From a phage, in the sequence record PQ400055.1: a DNA stretch of 64,000 bases, one strand, 5' to 3'. Positions within the stretch are counted from its first letter, which is position 1, and each line of letters begins with the position of its first letter. The notes beneath the pieces are model-generated. The model made no database searches. It was not told where the DNA came from and was given only the letters and a program-made list of their open reading frames with translations. This document shows positions 50,786 through 60,185 of this stretch, in pieces. A program made the translations under genes and the position numbers.

Positions 50786-52372
50786 ATGAAAACTACCAAA
50801 GAACTGATGGAAAAATGGTCCCCGCTGCTGGAGAACGAAAAACTGCCGGAAATCGCAACTGCGTCTAAGCAGAAACTGGTTGCTAAAATTCTGGAATCTC
50901 AGGAAGCGGATTTTGCTGTAGACCCGATCTATAAGGATGAAAAAGTTGTTGAAGCATTTGGTGGCTTTATCACCGAAGCAGAAGTTGCTGGCGACCACGG
51001 TTACGATGCATCCAAAATCGCCGCAGGTCAGACCACTGGTGCAATCACTAACGTAGGTCCGGCTGTTATCGGTATGGTTCGCCGTGCTATCCCTAACCTG
51101 ATCGCATTTGATATTTGTGGTGTTCAGCCGATGAGCACTCCGACTAGCCAGATCTTTGCAATCCGTTCTGTATACGGTGGCGATCCGCTGAAATCCGGTG
51201 CTCGCGAAGCATTCCATCCGATGTATGCACCTGATGCGTTCCATAGCTCTCTTGCTGCTAAAGAGGCAACTGTAGGTTCACCAACTGGTACTGCATTCGC
51301 TAAACTAACTCTTTCCCAGGCTATCGCTGCTGGTGATATCGTATATCACACCTTCGCAGAAACTGGTATTGCTTATCTGCAAAACGTAACTGGTGATTCT
51401 GTAACACCACAGAAAGTAGGTAGCGAATCCGAAGATGAAGTAGTAATGAAGCTGATTGAAGAAGGTAAATTGGCTGAAATCGCTTTCGGTATGGCTACTT
51501 CCATTGCCGAAATTCAGGAAGGCTTTAACGGTTCCAGCAATAACCCGTGGGCTGAAATGTCAATGCGTATTGACAAACAGGTTGTTGAAGCGAAATCTCG
51601 CCAACTGAAAGCCCGTTACTCTATCGAAGTTGCGCAGGATCTGCGTGCTGTACACGGTATGGATGCTGACGCTGAACTGAATGCTATCCTGGCTAACGAA
51701 GTTCTGCTGGAAATCAACCGTGAAATCGTTGACGTGATCAACTTTACCGCTCAGGTTGGTAAGACTGGTATGACTCAGACCGTTGGTTCTAAAGCTGGTG
51801 TATTTGACCTGCAAGACCCGATCGATACTCGCGGTGCTCGTTGGGCTGGTGAATCCTTCAAATCTCTGATCTACCAGATCGACAAAGAAGCTGCTGAAAT
51901 CGCTCGTCAGACTGGTCGCGGTGCTGGTAACTTTGTTATCGCTTCCCGTAACGTTGTAAACATTCTGGCTTCTGCTGATCAGGGTATCAGTCTTGCTATG
52001 CAGGGTGCTGCAAAAGGTCTGAATACCGACACCACTAAAGCTGTTTTCGCTGGTGTTCTGGCTGGTAAGTACAAAGTGTTCATCGACCAGTATGCTCGTC
52101 AAGACTACTTCACCGTAGGTTACAAAGGCGACAACGAAATGGATGCTGGTATCTACTATGCTCCGTATGTTGCTCTGACTCCGCTGCGTGCAACTGACCC
52201 GCAGTCTTTCCACCCGGTTCTGGGCTTCAAGACTCGCTATGGCATCGGTATTAACCCGTTTGCAGACAGCAAATCCCAGGCACCGTCCGCTCGCATCACC
52301 TCCGGTATGTTGAGCAAAGACAGCGTAGGTAAAAACGCATACTTCCGTCGTGTATGGGTTAAAGGTTGCTAA
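50786..52372 (+). CDS. 23: major capsid protein gp23
   Basis: Long stretches match T4 gp23 as recalled (VRRAIPNLIAFDICGVQPM, DKQVVEAKSRQLKA, YFRRVWVKG). Confidence 0.97.
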   Translation: MKTTKELMEKWSPLLENEKLPEIATASKQKLVAKILESQEADFAVDPIYKDEKVVEAFGGFITEAEVAGDHGYDASKIAAGQTTGAITNVGPAVIGMVRRAIPNLIAFDICGVQPMSTPTSQIFAIRSVYGGDPLKSGAREAFHPMYAPDAFHSSLAAKEATVGSPTGTAFAKLTLSQAIAAGDIVYHTFAETGIAYLQNVTGDSVTPQKVGSESEDEVVMKLIEEGKLAEIAFGMATSIAEIQEGFNGSSNNPWAEMSMRIDKQVVEAKSRQLKARYSIEVAQDLRAVHGMDADAELNAILANEVLLEINREIVDVINFTAQVGKTGMTQTVGSKAGVFDLQDPIDTRGARWAGESFKSLIYQIDKEAAEIARQTGRGAGNFVIASRNVVNILASADQGISLAMQGAAKGLNTDTTKAVFAGVLAGKYKVFIDQYARQDYFTVGYKGDNEMDAGIYYAPYVALTPLRATDPQSFHPVLGFKTRYGIGINPFADSKSQAPSARITSGMLSKDSVGKNAYFRRVWVKGC

Positions 52373-52456
52373 TATAAGCCATTCCTGAAAACTCCTGTCG
52401 GGTGCAATGCCCGACTTATCATAAACCTTATGACAGTGTAAAGTGTTAATTCCAAA

Positions 52457-52486
52457 GGGAAGACTCGAAAGGGTCTTCCCTTTTTG
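52457..52486 (+). terminator. intrinsic terminator after gp23
   Basis: Hairpin gggaagac-tcgaaag-ggtcttccc followed by TTTTT. Confidence 0.7.
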
Positions 52487-52501
52487 CGTATCATACCCAG
52501 T

Positions 52502-52509
52502 TATAAATA
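52502..52509 (+). promoter_or_regulatory. T4-type late promoter TATAAATA
   Basis: Exact TATAAATA in gp23-gp24 intergenic region. Confidence 0.5.
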
Positions 52510-52774
52510 AGGTTGCAAGCCTATATTCTATTGGGAGCGAAAATAGATACACACAACAAACAATTCCACCAATTTTCGTAGTAACTGCATGGCAAAGGGA
52601 CCAATGAATGAAATGAGCGTTCATGCTGATGTTGGGTCGGATAGATTTGATAGATATACAAGATCTGGTGTATGACGGACCTTGTTATGGCATTCCAGCG
52701 TGACGCTAGCGGTAATTTTTGGTTTTGGTACGCTGTTCCCGAATTAACCCAAAATTCTCCATAAGGAGGAATGC

Positions 52775-52927
52775 ATGAGTAAGAAAGAAAACAGCTATGT
52801 TATGACTCGTAAGGAATACAACGAATTGATGTTAGCATTAGCTTATGCAATTATTCGTTCTGATCATGCAATTAATCTGGTAAACAAAGTTAACCGTAGC
52901 GTTGATAATGTTTCTAGGAAGAAGTAA
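52775..52927 (+). CDS. small ORF (50 aa) between gp23 and gp24, not in ORF track
   Basis: Strong SD AAGGAGGA 5 nt upstream of ATG; MSKKENSYVMTRKEYNELMLALAYAIIRSDHAINLVNKVNRSVDNVSRKK. Confidence 0.5.
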   Translation: MSKKENSYVMTRKEYNELMLALAYAIIRSDHAINLVNKVNRSVDNVSRKK

Positions 52928-52937
52928 GTTTATTTTT

Positions 52938-52965
52938 GGAATCCTTTGGATTCCTTTTTCTTTTT
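52938..52965 (+). terminator. hairpin terminator/attenuator
   Basis: ggaatcc-tttg-ggattcc followed by TTTTTCTTTTT. Confidence 0.55.
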
Positions 52966-52966
52966 G

Positions 52967-52974
52967 TATAAATA
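52967..52974 (+). promoter_or_regulatory. T4-type late promoter TATAAATA
   Basis: Exact TATAAATA upstream of gp24. Confidence 0.6.
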
Positions 52975-53011
52975 TGATATATCCATTAAGGCAAATACAG
53001 GATTCATAAAC

Positions 53012-54253
53012 ATGACTCATATTTTTACTGAACTGTTGCGGGAATCTACTTCCTCAGTAGCTAACCAGACAGCGCGACCGCAACTATTATCATTAACTCG
53101 CGCGGTAAACAACCTGATTTTCTCTGATCTGGTAGCAATCCAGCCAACGGATCAACCAGTATCTGCATTGTACGGCCTACGTTATCTTAATCGTGATGGT
53201 CAGATGACTTTCCGAACTGCTGCGACCTACGGTGGCGCGGCTGGTGATCGCACAGAGATTGAAGAGTTTTCAAAAGAAAAATCTTATGACGAAGGCGCAC
53301 TATTCAAATCAGGCGATGTTGTATACGAAGTTGTGACCGCTGGTACAGTCGGTGAAGATGCCGAAACTCCAGAAGCTGCAATCTTTAAAGGCGTAATGAC
53401 AAACAAAATTCGTTTCTACAGCGATTGTGCATCGGTAGAATACTTTGAAGATAAAAACACCGAAATTTCGTCTACCTCTATGCAGTTTGATAAATGGCAG
53501 GTTAATGTAGGTTCTCGTAAACTGAAAACCTCATTCACGACCGAATTGATGCAGGATCTTGAGGCAAGCCAAATCAACTCTGAAAACTCTGTAATTGATC
53601 TTCTGGCTACTGTTGCTTCCGAAGAGATCAACAAAGATATTATTCAGAAGTTGATCACTGTATCATCTCGCTATAAAATTAAAGGGATCACCCCTGATGG
53701 CGTACTTTCTCTCGTTAGCGTTCAGGATGCACCAACACAAGCGCGTGAACTTTACCGCTACGCGTGCGAAATGAGCAATCAAATGTTGCGTACTTCCTCC
53801 TTTGCTGGTACATACGTTTTGGCTTCTTCTCGCGTGGTTGGCCTCCTGCAATCTACCGGGTGGATGGAAGAAACCGACAATGCTCTAAGCGAAGGTCGTC
53901 TACGTTGCGGTCTGGAAGTGTACGCAGACACGACAACACCTTTCGATTATATGCTCGTTGGTTGTAAGCACATGATCGGTGATATGGAGAGTGTAGGTTC
54001 TCTGTTCTACTCCCCATATACAGAAGCCGACGGCGCTGGAGCGTATAAGAGCGTAATTGACCCTAATAGCTTCCAGCATCATGTAGCTATTATGAATCGT
54101 TATTCACTATCTGTCAACCCATACACATCAAAAGTTGATCAGGAAGAACACCAGGTCATCAAGGGTGACGATTGGGGTAAAATGGCTGGACGTTCAGAAA
54201 TGTCCTACATTTTAGGAATCGAACTGCCACCGCTTGAGATTGACAACGCTTAA
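53012..54253 (+). CDS. 24: capsid vertex protein gp24
   Basis: Start MTHIFTELLRESTSS (internal Met of ORF-track ORF); gp23-paralog features. Confidence 0.9.
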   Translation: MTHIFTELLRESTSSVANQTARPQLLSLTRAVNNLIFSDLVAIQPTDQPVSALYGLRYLNRDGQMTFRTAATYGGAAGDRTEIEEFSKEKSYDEGALFKSGDVVYEVVTAGTVGEDAETPEAAIFKGVMTNKIRFYSDCASVEYFEDKNTEISSTSMQFDKWQVNVGSRKLKTSFTTELMQDLEASQINSENSVIDLLATVASEEINKDIIQKLITVSSRYKIKGITPDGVLSLVSVQDAPTQARELYRYACEMSNQMLRTSSFAGTYVLASSRVVGLLQSTGWMEETDNALSEGRLRCGLEVYADTTTPFDYMLVGCKHMIGDMESVGSLFYSPYTEADGAGAYKSVIDPNSFQHHVAIMNRYSLSVNPYTSKVDQEEHQVIKGDDWGKMAGRSEMSYILGIELPPLEIDNA

Positions 54254-54841
54254 CTAAATATCTAACCAAGACAAGTCAGATCCGCCCAAGATTTTTTCGA
54301 CGGCGGATCTATTTTCTTGATGATATAAGTTAAAACATGGTATCCCATGTCTACGGGCAACATAAACAGCAATTCTAGTTCCTCCAGAAACGATTCCATT
54401 AACTTCTTTCGCCCAGAATATCACACAATCTACAGGATCATCAAGTGTCTCACCTAAGACTTGAGCAACATTTCTCGAAAACAGATTTTGCATGTATAAC
54501 GGTATAGAACGAGGATTATCATAAACGTGTTCTAATTCATCCATCGCCAGATTTTTTTGTTCTAAGGTTTGCCATGCAATCACATCATGACCGTTATGCT
54601 TGTGGTCATAAAACTTCCAATTTGGAATGAAAATTTTTCTATAATCTGGATCGTAATACTTCATGAAAGCATTGTCCATACCGTAAGCCCCTCCAGAATG
54701 CGCTACAACGCGATTTTCTGACAATACCCTCCCAATGGTACTAGCCATTATCAAAATGTCGCTAGGCGCTTTTCTAGAGCCGATTAAAGCACATCTACGA
54801 AGTGGTTTTACTCCAAATAGATCTTGTAACTGGTCAAACAT
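54254..54841 (-). CDS. standalone DprA/Smf-like (SLOG-type Rossmann) domain protein
   Basis: ALIGSRKAP...VVAHSGGAYGMDNA...SRNVAQVLG...VSGGTRIAVYVARRHGIPCF follows DprA-domain motif order (GSR, SGxAxGxD, RN, SG). Confidence 0.55.
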   Translation of the reverse strand: MFDQLQDLFGVKPLRRCALIGSRKAPSDILIMASTIGRVLSENRVVAHSGGAYGMDNAFMKYYDPDYRKIFIPNWKFYDHKHNGHDVIAWQTLEQKNLAMDELEHVYDNPRSIPLYMQNLFSRNVAQVLGETLDDPVDCVIFWAKEVNGIVSGGTRIAVYVARRHGIPCFNLYHQENRSAVEKILGGSDLSWLDI

Positions 54842-54962
54842 AATATTTCCTCCATAGAAAGCAATATCATACTACAAGTTAATAACAAATACAAGTATCC
54901 GCGTAGCGGAAGCGAGCACAGCGAGCATTAAAAACACTTCCAGTAATTGATTAATAAATGTT

Positions 54963-55015
54963 CGAAACAAATTTTTATTATTCTATAAGATAAGTCTTCG
55001 TTTTGATCATAATTT
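54963..55015 (+). repeat. repeat element copy B (cgaaacaaatttttattattcta...cttcgttttgatcataatttaa)
   Basis: First 23 nt identical to copy A at 18002-18024; tail matches copy C. Confidence 0.7.
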
Positions 55016-55129
55016 AAACATACATGTAAAACTACACAAAAGGATATCGCTTCGCGAACTCCTACGGAGTATAACATTTGTGTTACAATATGTAGTGATT
55101 AATAATTAACCAAAGATACATTTTCTATG

Positions 55130-55171
55130 TTCTAAAGATCTTTCTTCGTTTTGATCATAATTTAATCAAAC
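55130..55171 (+). repeat. repeat element copy C (ttctaaagatctttcttcgttttgatcataatttaa)
   Basis: 24 nt identical to copy A (18021-18044), downstream part identical to copy B. Confidence 0.7.
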
Positions 55172-55221
55172 AGTATTAATATTGTGCACATGTAAACTAA
55201 AATTATGTTAATAACAGATAC

Positions 55222-55246
55222 AAAAAAGCCGCCCAGAAGGACGGCT
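55222..55246 (-). terminator. intrinsic terminator
   Basis: Hairpin gccgtcc-ttct-gggcggc followed by UUUUUU on minus strand. Confidence 0.55.
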
Positions 55247-55254
55247 AATGTTAA

Positions 55255-55692
55255 TTATTTGTTGATAACGATCTGATTTCGGCGAATGGTAACATTACTC
55301 TTAGAGATGATCAGATCATCCGGCACTACGTTAGTTTTGTATGGTTGGAATCGAACAAGCATCTGATTGCGTTTAGACCCTTCCTTAATCTTGATTTCCA
55401 TCTGGATATTGTTGCCTACGTGAGCAACCGCAATTTCACCTTTATTCTCATAGACCCACTTGCTGGTAACGTCTCCAGCAAAAGCCTTAATAACTTGCAA
55501 TGCTTCGTCGTATGCGGTAGAGCTGTGAACTTTCAGAAGGCCAGCCGTAGCAAGACGGGAGCAGGCGATCGCCGGAGATTGCCAAACATCAACATTAATT
55601 TGCTCAATCAGAGTAACACCGCCCTGATCAACTGCTTTGAATGCTTCGAACATTGCCTTTTTCATTGCTACGTGGTTTTTACGGAATTTCAT
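55255..55692 (-). CDS. hypothetical protein (145 aa)
   Basis: ORF. Confidence 0.5.
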   Translation of the reverse strand: MKFRKNHVAMKKAMFEAFKAVDQGGVTLIEQINVDVWQSPAIACSRLATAGLLKVHSSTAYDEALQVIKAFAGDVTSKWVYENKGEIAVAHVGNNIQMEIKIKEGSKRNQMLVRFQPYKTNVVPDDLIISKSNVTIRRNQIVINK

Positions 55693-55738
55693 AATTAGTC
55701 ACCTCTATTGATTAGTTATTCAGAATATTAATTACAAA

Positions 55739-56014
55739 TCAGGACATTGCCCGTTTGAATGCGTCCATTATAACAGTGTTATTTGGCTTGTCAACACGTT
55801 TTTGAACTTTATTTTTAAATTTTTTGTTGATGTGGTGTTTACGATAAACAACCTTTTCACGATTGGCGTAAGACTCTCGTGCATCTTTTACCATCAACCA
55901 TGCCTTAGCCGCATCTTGTCCGCTGATCCCGCCAATCTTCTTAGCAATATCAACAAAATTAAGACCGTGGTCTTCGCGTAGCATGTAAACCATTAACGCT
56001 GTTTTCTTGTCCAT
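55739..56014 (-). CDS. hypothetical basic protein, possible HTH DNA-binding
   Basis: LNFVDIAKKIGGISGQDAAKAW helix-turn-helix-like; Lys-rich C-terminus. Confidence 0.45.
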   Translation of the reverse strand: MDKKTALMVYMLREDHGLNFVDIAKKIGGISGQDAAKAWLMVKDARESYANREKVVYRKHHINKKFKNKVQKRVDKPNNTVIMDAFKRAMS

Positions 56015-56211
56015 TACTTCGCCTCATTGACGATTAACAGGATAGTGATCAGTACCGGAAACTGGATCATGACAGTACCAAAAAACCGGATAAACGCATT
56101 TTCTGACTTCCACACATGACATGCGACTAGCTGATAGACCATTGTTGCAACCAAAGCCAGAAAATACATCTCGATTGGTGCTTCTTTGATCAATCGTACA
56201 ATCTCATTCAT
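56014..56211 (-). CDS. small membrane protein
   Basis: Hydrophobic ORF with GAGGTGA SD. Confidence 0.45.
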   Translation of the reverse strand: MNEIVRLIKEAPIEMYFLALVATMVYQLVACHVWKSENAFIRFFGTVMIQFPVLITILLIVNEAK

Positions 56212-56331
56212 ACTTCACCTCATACATTCATAAACACAACAACGAATAGGACAGTAACAGTTATTAAAGCCATTTTCAACCCCATATTCATAATATTTTC
56301 CTCATAAGGTAACGCCCTGTTGATGTGTGCC

Positions 56332-56359
56332 ATTATAAGCCACTAAATCACACTGTCAA
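56332..56359 (-). promoter_or_regulatory. sigma70-type promoter (TTGACA-N16-TATAAT)
   Basis: Reverse strand cTTGACAgtgtgatttagtggctTATAATggc. Confidence 0.65.
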
Positions 56360-56364
56360 GCACT

Positions 56365-56394
56365 AAAAACAAAAAAGCCACCCCGAAGGATGGC
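56365..56394 (-). terminator. intrinsic terminator after hoc
   Basis: Hairpin gccatcc-ttcg-gggtggc followed by UUUUUUGUUUUU on minus strand. Confidence 0.65.
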
Positions 56395-56406
56395 TGATAG
56401 ATTTCA

Positions 56407-57621
56407 TTAAGCAGGATGCGTTTCACGAATGCGTAGAACTCGCTCTAACGTCTCTCGGTCCAGTTTATGTAACTTTTTGGACTGATACATGAAACCATTG
56501 CGAGATTCCATGCAAGTGCAATCACTATATTTTTCTTCCGCTGCCGCGATTGTCTCCAGATCTTTGGCGTACTTGCTGGTTGAATAAACTTCTCGGTTAC
56601 GCCACTCTAACCCAGCCTCATTGAATTTAACAATCTCGTCAAATACCCACCATCCAATGTAGATAAATGAAGTTTTGCGCCACGGGATCGGGTGTACGTA
56701 ACGAAACATTTTAACAACTTCCATTGAACATTTTCTACTTGTACTTGTTGCAACTTCTACTGTTTCATCTTCGATCTGTTGATATAGTTTAGCAACACAC
56801 CAGAATTTGGCTGTGTCATCGTAAGTAGCACTCTCTTTGAACAGATGACCGTCTGGCATGATAGAAAATCCTTCCTGTGCTTCGCCGACCTCACTACCGA
56901 TCAGAGTCGGTGGCATTTGCCCTTCGCGCTGCAAATACCAGTTATATTTGATCGTCAAATTAGGCATACCGCTAGAATCGCCTACAATGTTCTCTGACAC
57001 AACATAATTAAGTGATATCTCATTACCTAGTGCCACGGTCTTTGATTCCACCACATCCTGATCTACGTTCATTGTTGCCAGCATGATTTTAGTCGATGTG
57101 CTAGCGGCTGAATCTTCCGACTCACCCCACACTTTTACAGTATACACGCCGTTTTTATCTGCTGTAAATTCTTGGATCGTAATATCCTTTTTTGTGTCTA
57201 TAACTTCTTCGCCCTTACTCCAACTATAATGTAGTTCATAGTTGTCTGATGGAGTCTTCCCACCCGAAAATTTTACTGTTGCATGTAATTCTACGTTTGT
57301 TTGTGATGATACGTAGAAATGCTGCGGTTCGGTGATATTTACGATTAATTCAGCTTCTTCCATGAGGAAAACTTCAGATTCTACTGATGTCATCGTATCG
57401 GTATCCTGTACCGTTACTTTATAGCTACCCGCATTTTCACTTGTTGCGTCTGCTACAGTTAGCGTAGCTGTGCTATTTTCATGCGGTTGGTCGTCTTTTG
57501 TCCATGTATATGTCAAATTGCTGGGTAATGGTTCGTCACCCGCTACAGTCGCCGTTAAGGTGAAACCATCTCCAGCAAGAAAACATCTTTTGTCAGATTT
57601 AATTGATACTGTGAAAGTCAT
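56407..57621 (-). CDS. hoc: Hoc-like outer capsid decoration protein with Ig-like domains
   Basis: Tandem Thr/Ser-rich beta-rich (Ig-like) modules plus C-terminal domain; size and position as T4 hoc. Confidence 0.7.
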   Translation of the reverse strand: MTFTVSIKSDKRCFLAGDGFTLTATVAGDEPLPSNLTYTWTKDDQPHENSTATLTVADATSENAGSYKVTVQDTDTMTSVESEVFLMEEAELIVNITEPQHFYVSSQTNVELHATVKFSGGKTPSDNYELHYSWSKGEEVIDTKKDITIQEFTADKNGVYTVKVWGESEDSAASTSTKIMLATMNVDQDVVESKTVALGNEISLNYVVSENIVGDSSGMPNLTIKYNWYLQREGQMPPTLIGSEVGEAQEGFSIMPDGHLFKESATYDDTAKFWCVAKLYQQIEDETVEVATSTSRKCSMEVVKMFRYVHPIPWRKTSFIYIGWWVFDEIVKFNEAGLEWRNREVYSTSKYAKDLETIAAAEEKYSDCTCMESRNGFMYQSKKLHKLDRETLERVLRIRETHPA

Positions 57622-57790
57622 ATAAAGCCACTCCCATAGAAAATCCGAATTTAATTAATTGAAATAGTTGATTGCCATCAACCAGATAACCATTGCGAGA
57701 TTCCAATACATGAGTATTAGAATAGTGATGCAACGAGGCCGAAATAGTATCGATCTCGTCTGGGTATTTGTTCTGTTTGATGTAATACAT
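57599..57790 (-). CDS. hypothetical protein (63 aa)
   Basis: ORF overlapping hoc start. Confidence 0.4.
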   Translation of the reverse strand: MYYIKQNKYPDEIDTISASLHHYSNTHVLESRNGYLVDGNQLFQLIKFGFSMGVALYDFHSIN

Positions 57791-57886
57791 TGATTTTGTT
57801 AGACATGTAGTATCCTCTTTTTAATTGCATAACGGAACTACAATTAAAATTATAACAAATATTTCACAACTTTTATCACCCAAAAA

Positions 57887-58612
57887 TTACTTGAGTGTGT
57901 GGAATTGGCTGTGTTTAGTCTCTCGCACCTTGACAGACCCATCGCGTTTGATATAATAGATCAGCGACTTGAGGGTGTCGTGTACATACGCGTGCGGGAA
58001 ACGTTCTGGATACTTCTTCCAATCTGGAGTATTAACGATCCAGTCGAAAATCCACCACGGACAGGAGTAGTAACCACGACCGCCACCGATCAAGCAAATG
58101 GTCGGACGGAAGCCGGTAAGATCGCAAAATGAATCAGTGTCATGTGCTGGGGAACGATGTTCTGCTTCGTCAGATAAAATGTTGGCTACCGGAGATTCCA
58201 CTTTAACTTCCGGTGCTTCTTCAACATCTGACTTAACTTCTTCGACCACTGGTTCAACTGCCGGAGATTCTTCTTTTGTTTCTTCAATGACGATCTCAGG
58301 TTCTTTCATTGCTTCAACCAGAGACGGATCAACTTCGTCGAATACCACTTTATCATCTGCGGTGTCTGCTGCCAGAATAAGATCGTTAATACTGGTTCCT
58401 TCTGCCGGAGTTTCTTCTTCCATTTCGGAAGCCAGTTTAGTTAATTCTGTTTCTACGAACTCGATCATGTTCTCTAGCGAGAGCGTCTTTTTGACCTTTA
58501 TATCAAATTGTTTTGCGTAGTCCGCTAATTCTGTTTTAGCGGCTTTCTGTGATTCTTTGTCGTCGGACGCCGCAATAGCGCGGAGTTCTTCGAAATATTC
58601 TTTATCAAACAT
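57887..58612 (-). CDS. inh: hypothetical protein at inh position (acidic N-half, Cys/Trp-rich C-half)
   Basis: Position between hoc and uvsW as T4 inh; sequence identity not verified. Confidence 0.4.
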   Translation of the reverse strand: MFDKEYFEELRAIAASDDKESQKAAKTELADYAKQFDIKVKKTLSLENMIEFVETELTKLASEMEEETPAEGTSINDLILAADTADDKVVFDEVDPSLVEAMKEPEIVIEETKEESPAVEPVVEEVKSDVEEAPEVKVESPVANILSDEAEHRSPAHDTDSFCDLTGFRPTICLIGGGRGYYSCPWWIFDWIVNTPDWKKYPERFPHAYVHDTLKSLIYYIKRDGSVKVRETKHSQFHTLK

Positions 58613-58638
58613 GTTATTCTCCTGATTGGGGGTGTTTG

Positions 58639-58646
58639 TATAAATA
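58639..58646 (+). promoter_or_regulatory. T4-type late promoter TATAAATA
   Basis: Exact TATAAATA upstream of uvsW. Confidence 0.5.
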
Positions 58647-58667
58647 TTTGTATACTGTATTTATTGA

Positions 58668-60185
58668 GTGAGGCTATTCGCTATGCAAGATATTAAAATT
58701 CACTTTCTGAACTACTCCCATGTTCAAATTGAATGTAGCGATTCAATTTTATTAGAAATGAGAGATTATTTTAGTTTTGAAGTCGAGGGAGCGCGGTTTC
58801 AAAAAAGATTTAAGTATGGTGGATGGGATGGGCGTATTCGTCTTTTAGATTACAACGGAAAGCTGCCAATCGGCCTAACTAAAACCGTGGGAATCTTCGC
58901 TAAAAATATGGGCTATAGTGTATGGGTAGATCCTCGCTTATTCGAAAAAGAACAAGTTACAGAAGAAGAAATTACAAAATGGTGTAATGACTTAGAATTA
59001 TATTCCGGTGCTAACAGGATCACCCCGCATTGGTATCAATCAAAGGCCGTCTTTGAAGGTATTCATCATAAACGCCGTATGTTAGTTTTGCCTACGTCCG
59101 CTGGTAAATCTGCGATTGCTTGTATGTTGTCTCGTTGGTACTTAGAGAACTACGAAGGGAAAGTGTTGATCATCGTTCCTACCACGTCGCTAGTGCTGCA
59201 AATGCGTGATGACTTTGTTGATTATCGCCAGTTTCCTTATGAAGCAATTCATACTATCATGAGCGGTACTAGTAAACACGTAGGTGATCGCCTGATCGTT
59301 GTTAGTACGTGGCAATCTGCATGTAAACAACCTCGTGAGTGGTTCCAACAATTCGGGATGGTTATTGTTGACGAATGTCATAAAGCCACTGCTAAAAACC
59401 TGCTAAACATCGTTACTGATATGGATCATTGCCAATTTAAGATCGGCATGACTGGTTCCCCTCGTGACGGGAAAGCTAACATGATGCAGTATGTCGGGCT
59501 TTTCGGTGATATTTCTAAGATCGTGAGTATTGACCGCCTGATGGAAGAAGGCCAGGTGACAAAACTGAAAATTAACTGTCTTTTCCTTCGTTATACCGAT
59601 GAGGAATGTAGCGCGGTTAAGGGGCGAGAATATGCGGAAGAGATCAAGTATATTACGTCTAACCCACGACGAAATAAGTTTGCTTGTAATTTGGCGCTAA
59701 AACTCGCTAAGAAGGGCGAAAACGTATTCCTGATGTTCCGCAATACTAAGCACGGAAAACTTATGTATGACGCGTTACAGAAGGTACACGACAAGGTTTA
59801 TTATATTGACGGTGGAGTTAAGACAGAAGAACGTGATGAATTTAAGAAAATGGCGGAGGGTGACACCGGGATCATTTGTGTTGCGTCTTATGGTGTGTTC
59901 TCTACTGGTGTTTCAATTAAGAATTTGCACCATGTTATTTTCGGTCATCCAGTGAAGGAATCAACTATCGTTCGTCAGAGTATCGGTCGTGCATTGCGCA
60001 AACATGGTTCTAAGGATATTGCAACGGTCTGGGATCTTATAGATCATCTGGCGGTGAAGACAAAGAGCAAGAATGCTAAGAAACAGTTTAGTCACCTTAA
60101 TTATGCTCTTAAACATGCCCTTGAAAGAATAAAAATTTACAACACCGACCGATTTGAATATGTCACGAAAACCATCGAGATTTAA
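58668..60185 (+). CDS. uvsW: UvsW RNA-DNA/DNA-DNA helicase
   Basis: Extensive match to T4 UvsW as recalled (GRIRLLDYN, HWYQ, LPTSAGKS, IVDECH, KANMMQYVG, ATVWDLID). Confidence 0.95.
   Translation: MRLFAMQDIKIHFLNYSHVQIECSDSILLEMRDYFSFEVEGARFQKRFKYGGWDGRIRLLDYNGKLPIGLTKTVGIFAKNMGYSVWVDPRLFEKEQVTEEEITKWCNDLELYSGANRITPHWYQSKAVFEGIHHKRRMLVLPTSAGKSAIACMLSRWYLENYEGKVLIIVPTTSLVLQMRDDFVDYRQFPYEAIHTIMSGTSKHVGDRLIVVSTWQSACKQPREWFQQFGMVIVDECHKATAKNLLNIVTDMDHCQFKIGMTGSPRDGKANMMQYVGLFGDISKIVSIDRLMEEGQVTKLKINCLFLRYTDEECSAVKGREYAEEIKYITSNPRRNKFACNLALKLAKKGENVFLMFRNTKHGKLMYDALQKVHDKVYYIDGGVKTEERDEFKKMAEGDTGIICVASYGVFSTGVSIKNLHHVIFGHPVKESTIVRQSIGRALRKHGSKDIATVWDLIDHLAVKTKSKNAKKQFSHLNYALKHALERIKIYNTDRFEYVTKTIEI

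Noticed and set aside
51560-52624. Minus-strand 354-aa ORF and ORF 50777-51244 inside gp23
   Set aside because: Antisense to the major capsid gene, whose plus-strand frame matches T4 gp23 along its length; long antisense ORFs are expected in this low-stop-codon region.
52946-53011. N-terminal 22 codons of the ORF-track gp24 ORF (MDSFFFLYKYDISIKANTGFIN)
   Set aside because: They overlap the TATAAATA late promoter and hairpin; the conserved gp24 N-terminus begins at Met 53012.
57887-58612. Confident assignment of this ORF as the prohead-protease inhibitor Inh
   Set aside because: Assignment is by position only; I could not recall the T4 Inh sequence well enough to confirm, so it is kept at low confidence.
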